NCBI GenBank assembly: GCA_002633005.1
Contig: NMRA01000017.1
Coordinates: 268,260 to 332,259, forward strand
DNA: 64,000 nt
Direction: 5' to 3'
From: Phoronis australis
Lineage: Eukaryota; Animalia; Phoronida
This document shows, in pieces, positions 24,901 to 36,377 of this stretch (its first letter is position 1; every line of letters begins with the position of its first letter). The position numbers were made by a program, and so were the translations under genes. Below the pieces are notes generated by a model. It searched no databases, was not told the origin of the DNA, and saw nothing but the letters and a program-made list of their open reading frames with translations.

Positions 24901-27599
24901 GACATAGATTTATACATCTGTAGTTTTAATGTACAGGTATTAAATGACGGGTGCACACCTAGACACTATCCATGCCTGCTTGTCTGTCACCACCTTCAAC
25001 ATCTACCAGTGTGCCAACTGTAACAAAACACCCCTGCTTCTCTCTTGTAATAGTCTGTGCAGGACAGGCCAGCACGGTACCGTAACAATTGCCTCGTTGC
25101 TGCTTACCTGTCTTTATGCAGTGTAGCCGTTTCTACAGTATGTAACGCCAAGTAGAGCTTGTGGTGCAACATACTATTGAAGTGCCCAGTCTCACTACAG
25201 AGCTGTCAACTTTCCATTCAAAGTTCAGCCGTTACATTTATTTTTTGTGGTGTATGTTAGTGGGTAGCGTCTGGCTTCCAAAGCAGCATCTGAAGGTATG
25301 CTCAGAGCATGTGACATTGGCATCCATTGGGTGGCATTTGGTCGATGGATCTTTCGCCCACAGTGGTGTAACCAAGCTTATTTTGTTATGATTCTTGATT
25401 CATTTCAACAAAAAATTAGATTAATCAATGTTGCAGGGTTCACCATGGGGCTATTGGGCCAGAAACAAGACTACCATCCTTAAGTTTGTCGTTTTTGATT
25501 GTATGAACCTCAACCTTTCCTATACCTCAACCTTTCCTATATAGTCTTGAACAGATGAATTTTTAACCAATTAAGCCTGAAACAGTACAAAAAGCGATGC
25601 AATGTTGTAAAGAATGAGTGGTAGGCCTTTTGCAACAAATATATAAAATATTAAAAACCTTCAATAGATTTGTGTTGTTGAAAAATATAGCCTTTTAAAG
25701 AATTTCAAATTATCAAAGTGAACCTTTTGTTGAGAAAGGTGTCAGAAAAGGCATCTTGTAGTTGGGAACCTGGTCCTGTAAAAGTTACCCTTCTTGTATT
25801 TGTCTTCAATGGGAGTACCCCCCCCCCCTGCATAGTGGTGGTTGCATGTTGCATTGGACACCTTCAGGTATCAGTTGCTGGAAAGTACACAATGTTGTTA
25901 CATGTTGGGGTGACTGAACAAGAGAGAGTTAAAGAGGAGAGGATGGAAATACATAGCTGATCAATCCTTACATGATTATGGTTTGTACTCCAAGTGATGA
26001 TATCTTGTAACCTTTATCTATTTCATGTATCTTGTAGTGCAGTGTGTGTGCGTGCGTGCGTGCGTGTAGACTACCTGGTGCGGTCATGCTTGGTTTTATG
26101 CAAGCTTTCTTCTGAAGCATAAAATCTCACTAATATTGGCCAAAGTTGTTGCTCTTGTATGTTTCAAAAGCTAACATTTGTTTGAACGCCCGCATTTTCT
26201 CAAAACCTACCCTGTTGGTAGCTATAATATGAAACTTATCTTTAATGAAACTTGAAAAGTAAAAAATCAATTGATCTCCGTACTGGGTTCGAAATTGTTA
26301 AGATTTTACCCTGTCCTTTTAATCACATATTTTGCTGCACATGGCTTTATAATTCTACATTTTAGTGCATTCTAACACCTTCATATTTTACTGTGACCTT
26401 TTAATGCAAATTTTTCTGTCACTTTAAAACCCCCTTTTTCACATGTCCTTACAATCCCGCGTTTTAACATGTTTTTATAATTGCACATTTTACCACGACC
26501 TCATAGTTGCCTATGTCTCATGTTCTGTGTTTCGTGCACTGTGATATGCTTCTCGTTTATTTACAGTCCATCTTTCGATTGGTTGGAAATACCGGTACCA
26601 GTTAAACATTTCAATTGGTTGATGTTGAAAAATGCACAAGAATGCTGCTCCATCTATTGAGGAATGCCTGTGCTGCTAGCAGTCCACAGGTTTGTGCTTT
26701 TGGCACACTCAAGTTACAAGGCCTGATACAAAATAACAGAATAATTCACTACACTATGACATACCGGGTATTTCCAAACCAAGACATGTGTACTATGTCC
26801 ACTCACAGAGTTCTGCATATCATTCGGCATCCTATCACATGACCACTCTCACCTATAGGTAGAGGGAATACACCTTTGTGAAGTTGTAAGATGCTAGGAG
26901 GTGTTTCCCATAAAGACATGCTGTCCACTCAGGTGGATGTGGTCTTCGTTGGGTATTTTGGAATTCTGTGCCCGGTTGCATGAAGAAGTTTCAATAGGGC
27001 TCTAAAATTGTGATGAAAATTTAAGGAACATAGCCGAGTCCCTTTTGGGACTGTTTCATACAACTGGGCAACGGTATCGTGTCATTTCGGGAAATGAAAA
27101 GAAGTAGTAGTATTGTGTCGGTGTGGATTTTGATTGTGAAAAAGAGCTCCCTGTGTTAAGATCATTCCTGTCTACTCTTTGGTCATTTTTTGTCGGAAGA
27201 TTTTATGGTAAGCCTCCTTCATCTATGGATTTGTGTGCGTGCTCGGGTGTGTGTAATTTCAGTCATTGGGAAAGAGTGTACTCCCCGACTTAAACTGACT
27301 TTACAACTGGATCCTCTCAAAATAGGTGGAGTGAAGTGCTGAGTTGCCCAACCTATCTGCTTTGCGAAAGATGTAATCATGAAAGATTCTAGTACGCCAT
27401 CTGGTGTTTAATTGTGAGAACCAGTGGTTGCACCAAGAGAGTGGGAAAGGTAATGGCAGTTGTGTTGGAGATGGGACCCTTTTATTTGACTTAAGTGGGC
27501 ATGGCACCTTGAGCACCCCCTTATTGCACGTGTGGTTTAACTTTTTTAACTCTTGCTTGTAATTGTAGTCATGCTTGTCATGATTTTGGATCTTTGTTA

Positions 27600-27624
27600 A
27601 CATCACTGCTTCTCTTCTCCACAG
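27600..27624 (+). other. Strong splice acceptor (exon starting 27625)
   Basis: CACTGCTTCTCTTCTCCACAG|GGATACC with upstream GTTAAC. All three downstream frames stop within 28 codons, so the exon is probably UTR or terminal. Confidence 0.5.
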
Positions 27625-28598
27625 GGATACCATGGTGTCGCCATGACGATGTTACCTAACTGCACTGTCCCTGCTCCAGTAGAAGGATTATTAACCTCCG
27701 TTCTTTGAAGACTTGTGTTTAAACTCACATGCTTGAGTGCACCTCTCTCTCTAACATGCTTGTACAACCACCCGTGACTGAATGCATGTGACTTGGAAGA
27801 CTTGGATTTACTTGTCTATGTGATATTGGTGTCAGCTAGCTTCAAAGGATGTTTACTTGAAACTTTTTTGAGAATCAAGACTTATTGACTTAACATGTGC
27901 ATTTGTCATCATTGTGTGTACTAATTTGGACTGTTGAATTCTGTTGCATCAATAGATCTGACAGTTGTCTATAAATTGGCTGCATAGCACTGTCAAAGGC
28001 CTCAGTGCGGTGATAATCTAACAAATAGTCTGTTGCTAGCTAATAGTCACACAAATATCTGTTTCTTAGAGAATCATTTTATCGCAAATAACCTCCAAGT
28101 AATTATAAATTTTCATGAGACTGGATGGAAAGTATGTTTACATCTGCATCACGCATCTTCCGACATCTGCGTTTTGAACGTCATGCTTAGAAAACATTTA
28201 CTGTGGTGGATTGACGGTGGATTAAAAAGAATCGTTTCTATAACTGGACTACAGGACATTCATCTAACGACCAAAAAAGCTTAATATTTGCAAAAGAAGT
28301 CAATAGAAACCATTTGCAGATGATTAAGACATTTCGCGACGGTTAATTTGTGAAGTGTACATTAATCCAGATTAGCGTGTCTGTGATTTGATAACAAGCT
28401 TCTTACAAACACAATTCACTGGTTCTCACCTGGGCTAAAGCAGCCAGTTTCGTGACTTTTGAAAGATTCACTCTTCAGCTGTTAATTGGAAAGCTAACAA
28501 CAAGTACTTGAGGAGCTGTGAACACTTGACAGTGCTTTTCTATGGAAGGGATGGACTGACAAAGCTTTTCTCCTTCTGTCTCCACTCCTGCTGTCACC

Positions 28599-28677
28599 AT
28601 GAACAGCGTCTTAGGAAGAAAGATTTATGGAAAGTGCTGCTTGACTGACTTTCTGATTCACTGCTTTTGCTCTCAAT
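28599..28677 (+). CDS. Alternative first coding exon, Cys-rich (MNSVLGRKIYGKCCLTDFLIHCFCSQ +1 nt)
   Basis: caccATG Kozak context, 26 codons + 1 nt, donor AAT|GTGAGT (phase 1). Confidence 0.55.
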
Positions 28678-31600
28678 GTGAGTAGTGTTATTGATAGTTA
28701 ATTGGTGTATTTACTCTTTGATGTCTCAGGCTGTGTGCATTTGAAGTGTGGTTGAGCATGGTTGTGTGTCTCAGGCCTGGGTCTCTACTGTTGGCTGGTT
28801 TATGTTGACCTGTCATGAAACAAGAATTGGTCATTTTCATAATATATGCGCAACAATTGTTACAGTTGCTCTGAAGTACTCCCTATGATGAAGGATTCGT
28901 TTTGTCTGAGCGCAAATGCCTGTCATAATTCTTACTCAAGTTGTGTCCAGAGGGCACTTAAACTAACCAAAGGTACAACTGGAGCAACATGGGACCCGTC
29001 CACAATCCCGTGGCACAAATGGTGTCAAGGGAGTGGAGGAGGGCGGAAATTACTTTGTGCAAGATATTCTTGTAGGTTTGGTATCAACATAACTGCTGGA
29101 GGTCATGGAAAGAATGTTTTAAGATATATTCCTCACATTTCTGTTATTTTATTTTGTTTAATGTGAAATTAATTAATTTGGTGCGAGATTTGCAAATGTT
29201 GTAAACTTAGCGTTTGGAAAAACTCATTTGTGCAAGCACCTAGCTGATAATTACTTGCACCTTGCTCCAGTTTGCTGTCCACAAGGACACATGAAGTGGG
29301 GCAAGTTGAACTACCCTAAACGTAATAAGTGAGGGGTTAGTTGTTTCCCCTGTGTCAAGTTGTGCTACTTTAACTTTTGTCCACATGGTTATTGAACTGG
29401 CGCAAGTTACACTCGGGACAGCTTTGGCTTGTTGGACACTGTTGCATTCAGAGTTCCCTGTGTTGTTGCTTCGCTGTTAAATAAACCTCTTTACTCTGCA
29501 GTAATCTCGCACTGTTAACTTCGATCCAAGACCTAAGTCAGGTGTTCCCATTGACCAAAACTTTGCTAACACCGAATCTTTGGAGCCAGTAGTCACTTGT
29601 TCATGGCCATTTATCTGATGCATGATCAGATAAAAGGGTAACAACATTTTTCAGAGTTTTTCCAAAAGTACTAGCAGTCTGAGTATCAATGGTTCGTTTC
29701 ATAGCAATACAACCTTTTCAGTGACTTTTTTATTAGAATGTTATGAATATTTTTAATATATAGTAATTCTGGAAATGTGTGTTCAAATACTGTGCCATCT
29801 TTTTCATATAATTCACAACAGCTTCCATCAAATATATATCAAGAGTGACTTGATGTTGGCAGCAAATCTCTTTTAATGCCAGTGATTCATTCAACAGCAT
29901 CAAGAGCGAACTTAATTAACGCATCTTGCTCAATTAGTTTGAGCCAATTAACATAAACTCATGTTTTAATTGGGATTTTGTTGACTTGCTACTTTAGTGA
30001 AGAATGAAATTCAAATATTGAATGTCGGACAGAAGCTCAGCACTAATACACACATTTTTATGCCATGATTGAAATAATCAATAAAGATTACGCGTTATTT
30101 CCATTTTAAAACCTACGGAGATCTCTAGGAAAGTGCTGGCAACTGTCAGCTCTTTCCTTGACTCGGTTAATCTCAAATAGCAGTCATGTTGGGTTGAAAA
30201 ACTGCTCGTCTAAAATAGTTGATGCCCACCGTATTGACGTAATGCCTTTTGTATTCTGCCACATGATCTTTTGTAATTAGATGCAGACATCTGTGTTCAT
30301 TTGCTTTGTGTTTATAAGGGCAATAACCTACCCCACGTATTGTCAAAAACTTGATTAAATGTAAAAATCCTTCAATTTGGGACAAGAGATTTTCATTTTT
30401 TAATTTTTTAGATTCTTGTTGCATGTGTGCGTGTTGTTAGTTGAAAGTGCACAAACTGCGATGAAAGTTAAAAGAAAAAGAACATTTCCTGAAAAGTCCA
30501 TATCTCATCATGTTCCTTACTGAGGTTAGATACGATTTCTATGTTTAAGATTATAAATCAAACAAAGGATAAAGACACAGTGACGTTCCTTGGGAAGTTG
30601 ATGTTTTTAACACTAGAGCATGGTTTACTGCTTGCTCATTAATTTTTAGATTATTTCAATTTTTTTGTCTTCAAATATCGTGTTGTAACTTCAGAATGGT
30701 GTTCTGTCTCCGGCACAAACACTAACAGACTGGTCATAGTTGAGCTTATTTATATAATGCTCTATTTCAGATTGTATCCACAAAATTTTTTGTATGGCCA
30801 CCTTTATAATGTTTACGGTACCAGGTGAGGACTGTAATTGTAGGTTAAACTGTTGAAAAAGCAGTGTATGTTCAAAACCCTTTTTTCCACCTCTTGCGTT
30901 TTGTGTGATTGTTGTTGAAGTCCGACTTTCATGGTGTAGCTCAGTTAAACATCAAACATATATCGCTGTGGTGATTGATGTTAGTTAAATTTTGCAATTT
31001 ACCTACTTAATATGCAAGCACTTGTCATTTAACCTATATTAGCTACAATTTGATATATCACTATGGTGATTAGAACCACATGGGGCTTGCCTTCCCTGTC
31101 ATACATGAGCACTTGGTGAAATAGAATTTTACAGAGAGAGGGGAGAGAGGGAGAATGAGGAAGGATTAATTTTGGTCCTTTTGAGTGTGTTAACTTTAGT
31201 ACCATCTTAAATTTAGACCGGTTTAAATCACCTTTTACATTGGGTCTAAAATTCTTTTCTTTAGGTAAGAATGTTAGTCCGGTGTTTTAAATTTGCAGGG
31301 CAAATGGCCCTTAATGAGATGAGATTAAACAAATTTGTAAAAGGGAGATGAGAATTCTCTAAGAAATAGTAGACTAAATTAACAGCAATAATATGTCTGA
31401 ATCTTAAGGATATTTAGATATGTGAGCTTTACTGATAGTAATAAAAATTTGAAAATTTACAAAATTGGTCATTGTTTGGACACTATAAGTTTCATTGTAT
31501 GATGTGTTTTGTCAAAAGCTCAAGGTCTACTGCTTTTGCTTGAAATCGGGTGCAAGATGGCGCTTTGGTGGCCATTGTTTGATTGTTCACTATACCTAGA

Positions 31601-31799
31601 GGGCTATTAGTAATATAGTATTTGACTTGCCATTCTGGAATTATTCGAGATTTTTCAAAGACTGGTCTTTGATTAATTTCGCATGCGATATCTCTAGCGT
31701 CCCTTGACAGATCTCTCTGCAGTTAGGGTTTTACGTATATCTCGTCAAGGGGTTTATGAAATGTATCTGATTTACCGTTCTCGACTTTAACATTTATTG

Positions 31800-31920
31800 T
31801 TATAATGAGTAATAGTCTGATATAACGTGCCTGCATTTTGAGAACTAGTTTTCTCCACTAAATAACACCACCAAACTGGTTATCAAAATACAGGCACATA
31901 TCGGACTATTGCCGTTATAA
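31800..31920. mobile_element. Small hairpin MITE
   Basis: TTATAATGAGTAATAGTCTGATATAACGTGCCTGCATTTTGAGAACTAGTTT pairs with AAACTGGTTATCAAAATACAGGCACATATCGGACTATTGCCGTTATAA. Confidence 0.7.
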
Positions 31921-31968
31921 TGACTTGTATTATTGACTGATTCCTCTCTGCTCTTTTGTTGGTCTTAA

Positions 31969-33296
31969 AGACGAAAGCAACCTTTTTTCATGTCACTTTT
32001 AGCAAAAACAAGGTTCGTTGATTATCCCAGACACATTTTTCACTTAATTACAGCTTTTCGTAATTTGATTAATTTCTCGTGCTCCACTCAGGAAGTGACG
32101 TTTTGGGAGGCAAGAGTTTCGCGCCAATTTCTTTTCATTATGGTGTGACTGTGAGAGCTGTCGACTCAGTCATTGTTCTACCTCGGTTGTGATAAGTTCG
32201 GTCGTCATTTGCTTTTGTTTACAAGTCAGTCAACATGCCACGCTGTTGCTGCGTGCCGGGATGTACTCATTATCGTCTCACACGGGCTTTGGGTACCTTG
32301 CGTCGCTTTCCGAAGGATGACACACTTCGCCGTACTTGGCTAGCTCGTTCATGTGAAGAACGCAGCGCTACCCGTTTACGCAACGTACAAAACCGTGGAG
32401 GGTTATCGATTGTGTGGCAAGCATTTTCTGCCGTCAGATTATGACAGATATGTACGCTGAATTGATGAAGGTCCCTGCGAAACAACGCCTGAAGAAGGGT
32501 ACCATACCGTCGCTGTTGATTCCCGGCAGTGCCCCGTCGCCAACCCCGAGAAGTGCGTTTTTGAAGCGAGAAGCCTCGCGAGCTGTAGCCACTATATACA
32601 GTTACTGGAGGCACTTCATCTGCTGTCACCCGTGCTTCCGAACGTACCCCATTGCGTGCAATTCCGGGAACTAGCAGTGATTCGCCCTGTGCTGTTGTCT
32701 CTAGCCCAGAGCCTGTAAGCAGCCCTGCAGCGATGTTGAGTAGTGGGAGTGAATACAGGCCCAGTTCGACACCCAGTGAAGAGGACATTTCGTCATCCAA
32801 TGAACAGATCGGTGAGCCCAAGTTTGATAAGTTTATTGTGGACTTGTATTGGAGCTATTTGGAAGGTGCAAGGTGTGTGGTGAGGGAGTCACATGGCGGG
32901 ATGTAAGTAGTTTGGGTACTCATATCACCCTTCAGTGGGAGTGTGTCGCGGGACACTCGGGCAAGTGGGACAGTTCTTTGTCTGTACGTGAGACGATAAT
33001 GAGTACACCCCAGTACGCAGCAACAGCGTGGCATGTTGACTGACTCGTAAGCAAAAGCAAATGACGACCGAACTTATCACAACCGAGGTCGAACAATGAC
33101 AGACTCGACTGCTCTCAGTCAGACTATATGAAAAGAAATGGCGTGAAATTCTTGCCTCCCAAAACGTCACTTCCGGAGTAGACGACGAGTAATTGATTAA
33201 ATTACGAAAAGCAGTAAATAAGTGAAAAATGTGTCTGGGATAATCAACGAACATTAATTTTGCTAAAAATGACATGAAAAAAGGTTGCCTTCGCCT
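31969..33296 (+). mobile_element. Kolobok-like DNA transposon deletion derivative with a THAP-domain transposase remnant
   Basis: TTAA flanks both sides (31965-31968, 33297-33300). Termini AGACGAAAGCAACC ... GGTTGCCTTCGCCT (5'-RR..YY-3'). Inverted arms ~31969-32286 and ~32985-33296. Internal THAP-type sequence. Confidence 0.85.
32235..32985 (+). pseudogene. Frameshifted, truncated THAP-domain transposase
   Basis: MPRCCCVPGCT...RFPKDDTLRRTW...CGKHF...RLKKGTIPSL (THAP C2CH zinc finger with an AVPT-like end). Then an acidic linker (EYRPSSTPSEEDIS), KFIV and CKVC...G...LQWECVAGHSGKWDSS, split across frames. Confidence 0.8.
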
Positions 33297-34729
33297 TTAA
33301 TGGTGTGCACGCTATGGGTTAAATTTTTGTCCGATCAACATGAAACTTAAAAGAAACGCGTATCTTTGTGAAAAGGTCGTGACCAATTATCTTCGAGCAA
33401 AACCTAATGCAAAATGGCTGGTGACAGTTACTTTTTGAGTTATCTCCGCCCTTTGATGTATTCTCCAGAGTTTTAGTGTGTAGATCGGTCTCGTTATGGG
33501 CTGTCTGGATTATGCCATCTGTTTTTTACTGCAACTAATCATTCTCAGGTTATTTGAGATTTTCTGATTTGATGACTGTTCCTTTGTTAACTGATGCCAT
33601 TTTGTTGGTTTACTGTACCATGCGGCGATGCTTTTTGATCATTTTTGTCATCGTTAATCATCATCTTGTAATCATTGTTTTTCAGTTACTGCATAAGGCT
33701 TTGTTTCTTATTATCAGTTTTATCATCCATCATCATCGTCCCGAATCATGGTCATCATTTTCGTTTATGTCGCCAAATGCTTTCTCCTTTGAGAGCGTTT
33801 TCAGTTTGCAGTTGATAATCCTGTAACTTTTCTTGGTACGATTTCATGCGTATTTGTCATCTAATTGACCTGAAATTTGCTCGGAATATCTATTATATTC
33901 CTCCCCCGGGGCCTATTGATTTTGGTGAGAATAAGGCTTAAGACAGTGTAATTATCAGGCATTTGTTTTTCCTGGTAGGGACCACGACTGAGATTTGACT
34001 GACCTAGTTAAGTACATGTAGGACCCTCAAGAGAATGCCCAAATTTGGCTAACTTCATAATATCATATCTCAGAAATGTCTGATCGGAATCATCTGTAAC
34101 TTTTAAATCTATGCTTCATTAGTTGTTCTCAGAAACACTGCTGGGATTTTTTTTAAAATGAACACTTTTGCATCAGGGGCTTTGAAAAATATGAGTTGAA
34201 TGCTTTTCATTAAACTAATAAAAATTTACATCAAACTAAAAATGAAATGATAATTTAGAAAAATTTGTCAGGATATTTGAAATTTCATACCAAGTAATAA
34301 TTTTTTGCGGCGAAGTCATACACGGTAACTCACATGTAAACATCAATGTGGTGGCCAGTGATAAAAGATCAAGTATAGGTGAAGAGTGCACTGTTGTGAG
34401 ACCGAAATTTTATTTGTTTTCTTTGAAAAATCACTGGTGTTTTTCCCTACCACTTTGGATCAGTGACAGTTTGCTCCCCAACTGAATTTATGAAATACAC
34501 ACTGTGGCTTGCTGCGGCAGAATATTTGCATCAGTTTCAAGTTAAGGTGATAAAGAAATGTCATCAGTTTAGAAAAGTTTTCCTCTAATTTACTACCTAT
34601 TGCTGAAATTTGACATATGATTAAATCTCATCAATTTTGAACAAAGATAATTTCCAAAGCTGCTTTTTTCTCATATTTCAATGTCTTTTGACATTATTGT
34701 GAATAGCCACTAACAGTTTTTTTAAAATA

Positions 34730-35041
34730 TTGTCTGTGGCTATGGTACAGAACTTGATCATTGTCTGTCTGTGGCTATGGTACAGAACTTAATCACTGTG
34801 TGTCTGTGGCTATGGTACAGAACTTGATCATTGTCTGTCTGTGGCTGTGGTACAGAACTTCATCATTGTCTGTCTGTGGCTATGCTACAGAACGTGATCA
34901 TTGTCTGTCTGTGGCTATGGTACAGAACTTGATCATTGTGTGTCTGTGGCTATGGTACAGAACGTGATCATTGTGTGTCTGTGGCTATGGTACAGAACTT
35001 GATCATTGGCTGAATGTGGCTATGGTACAGAATGTGATCAT
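34730..35041 (+). repeat. 35-bp minisatellite, ~9 copies
   Basis: Unit TGTCTGTGGCTATGGTACAGAACTTGATCATTGTC with period 35 (34741, 34776, 34811...). Confidence 0.95.
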
Positions 35042-35110
35042 AAGTGAGCATTATGTTGCTGCACAGTAGCTTTTATGAAGTTAATGAGAAAATAAAATCT
35101 CACTTGTCTG

Positions 35111-36112
35111 CAGGGCTTCATCCAGAATTTCGAAAATAAGGTGCCCAATATGGGGTTCCCAATATTCCATGGCGTCCATACGCATGTTGCCCCCCCACTA
35201 CATTTCACCAGTAATCCCCTCCACACCTGCACAGTTTTTACAAAAAATTCATGGACCAAGGCTTTTACATCTAAGTTTACAAAAACAGCTCCCCTGTAGT
35301 GAACTTTTTATTAAAAGCAGTGCATGGACCAAAACAATTATGTCTAAATTTAAGAAAACAGCCAAGTAGCTTACCTAACAAATATTACAGATATTGGTTG
35401 AACAATGAGTGCACTATGTTTTTGGTGATCTCAAGTCAAATTGCTGTTCTAAAGTTTAACATATAATCTTAACGATGTTTTATACTCAATGAGTCATCAA
35501 AACTGCAGTTACTAGCACAAGAAAAATGCATAGAAAATGTGTGGTTTATATTTTGGCAAAACAGGTGTCACTGCTACTCCATGTTAAAACATTAAAACGC
35601 ACATTGAAAAGTGTGAAACACGCTCAAACTCAAAAATTTTAAATGGACATATTCTTGTGGCACAATATGATGTTAACCTAATGACATTTATTTTGCTTTT
35701 GGTGTTTTTAATAAAAGTTGAAAAACATGAAACTACAGCTCTGAAACACCAGTTTGGAGTTAACCAATGTCCCTACCGCTGTATAAAGTACTGAATTACA
35801 GTATGTAAAAAGACCACTGAAAGCAGACTACCTATACTGGTAGACACTGAACAGCTAATGATTGACTTGTCTTCTCAGTAGTTTGAACATTGCAACATGT
35901 TATATACAGTGTATATTTCTTTCAGACTTGAAAGGGCCAACATTTCTCTCTTAAACTTTCATTAACTTCCTGTCCTAGTAATCTTGTCCAAATTGGAGAA
36001 ATTCTGATTGACAGTGGGTGCCCAAATGATACATTGGTTGTCCTTGCTGGGCATCCACATAAGTATTAGAGCGTCCAATGGATGCCCACGACCTATGCTG
36101 CATGAAGGCCTG
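35111..36112. mobile_element. Non-autonomous hAT-type DNA transposon (~1.0 kb)
   Basis: TIRs CAGGGCTTCATCCAG / CTGCATGAAGGCCTG and a perfect 8-bp TSD CTTGTCTG (35103-35110, 36113-36120). Subterminal GGG(T/C)GCCC/GGCATCC motifs. A right-end fragment recurs near 52943-53024. Confidence 0.85.
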
Positions 36113-36261
36113 CTTGTCTGCCATCTTGTGTCCTAAACTGATGACATTTTTTCGTACCTACATGACGAAGACAGTTAGTGCTGATTGCAGGAGGCTGAAA
36201 ACTGAAATTTTTCTATATTTTGATATTTTATATTTCTATGTTATTCTGGATCGATAAGTTG

Positions 36262-36377
36262 GAGTAAGTTGTTACAAGTGGGGTAAGTTGCACTAGTTTA
36301 AATAGCGTCCACACCGCTTCCAAACCTAGCGACAACTTGTTCAAAGAGTAACTTGTTCTATGGTAAGTCTGTGTGTT
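36262..36377 (+). repeat. Interspersed repeat, homologous to 63013-63127
   Basis: Shared GTAAGTT..ACAAGTG.GG.AAGTTGCACTA.TTTAAATAG.GTC.ACAC...CAAACCTAGCGACAAC...GAGTAACTTGTTCTA.GGTAAGTCTGTGTGT. Confidence 0.85.

Noticed and set aside
26270-30950. tRNA-like fragments (GGTTCGAA near 26286, GGTGTAGCTCAGT near 30933)
   Set aside because: Isolated A- or B-box-like words with no cloverleaf or correctly spaced partner box.
32270-33275. Minus-strand 183-aa and 116-aa ORFs
   Set aside because: Antisense shadows of the THAP transposase relic and its inverted arm.
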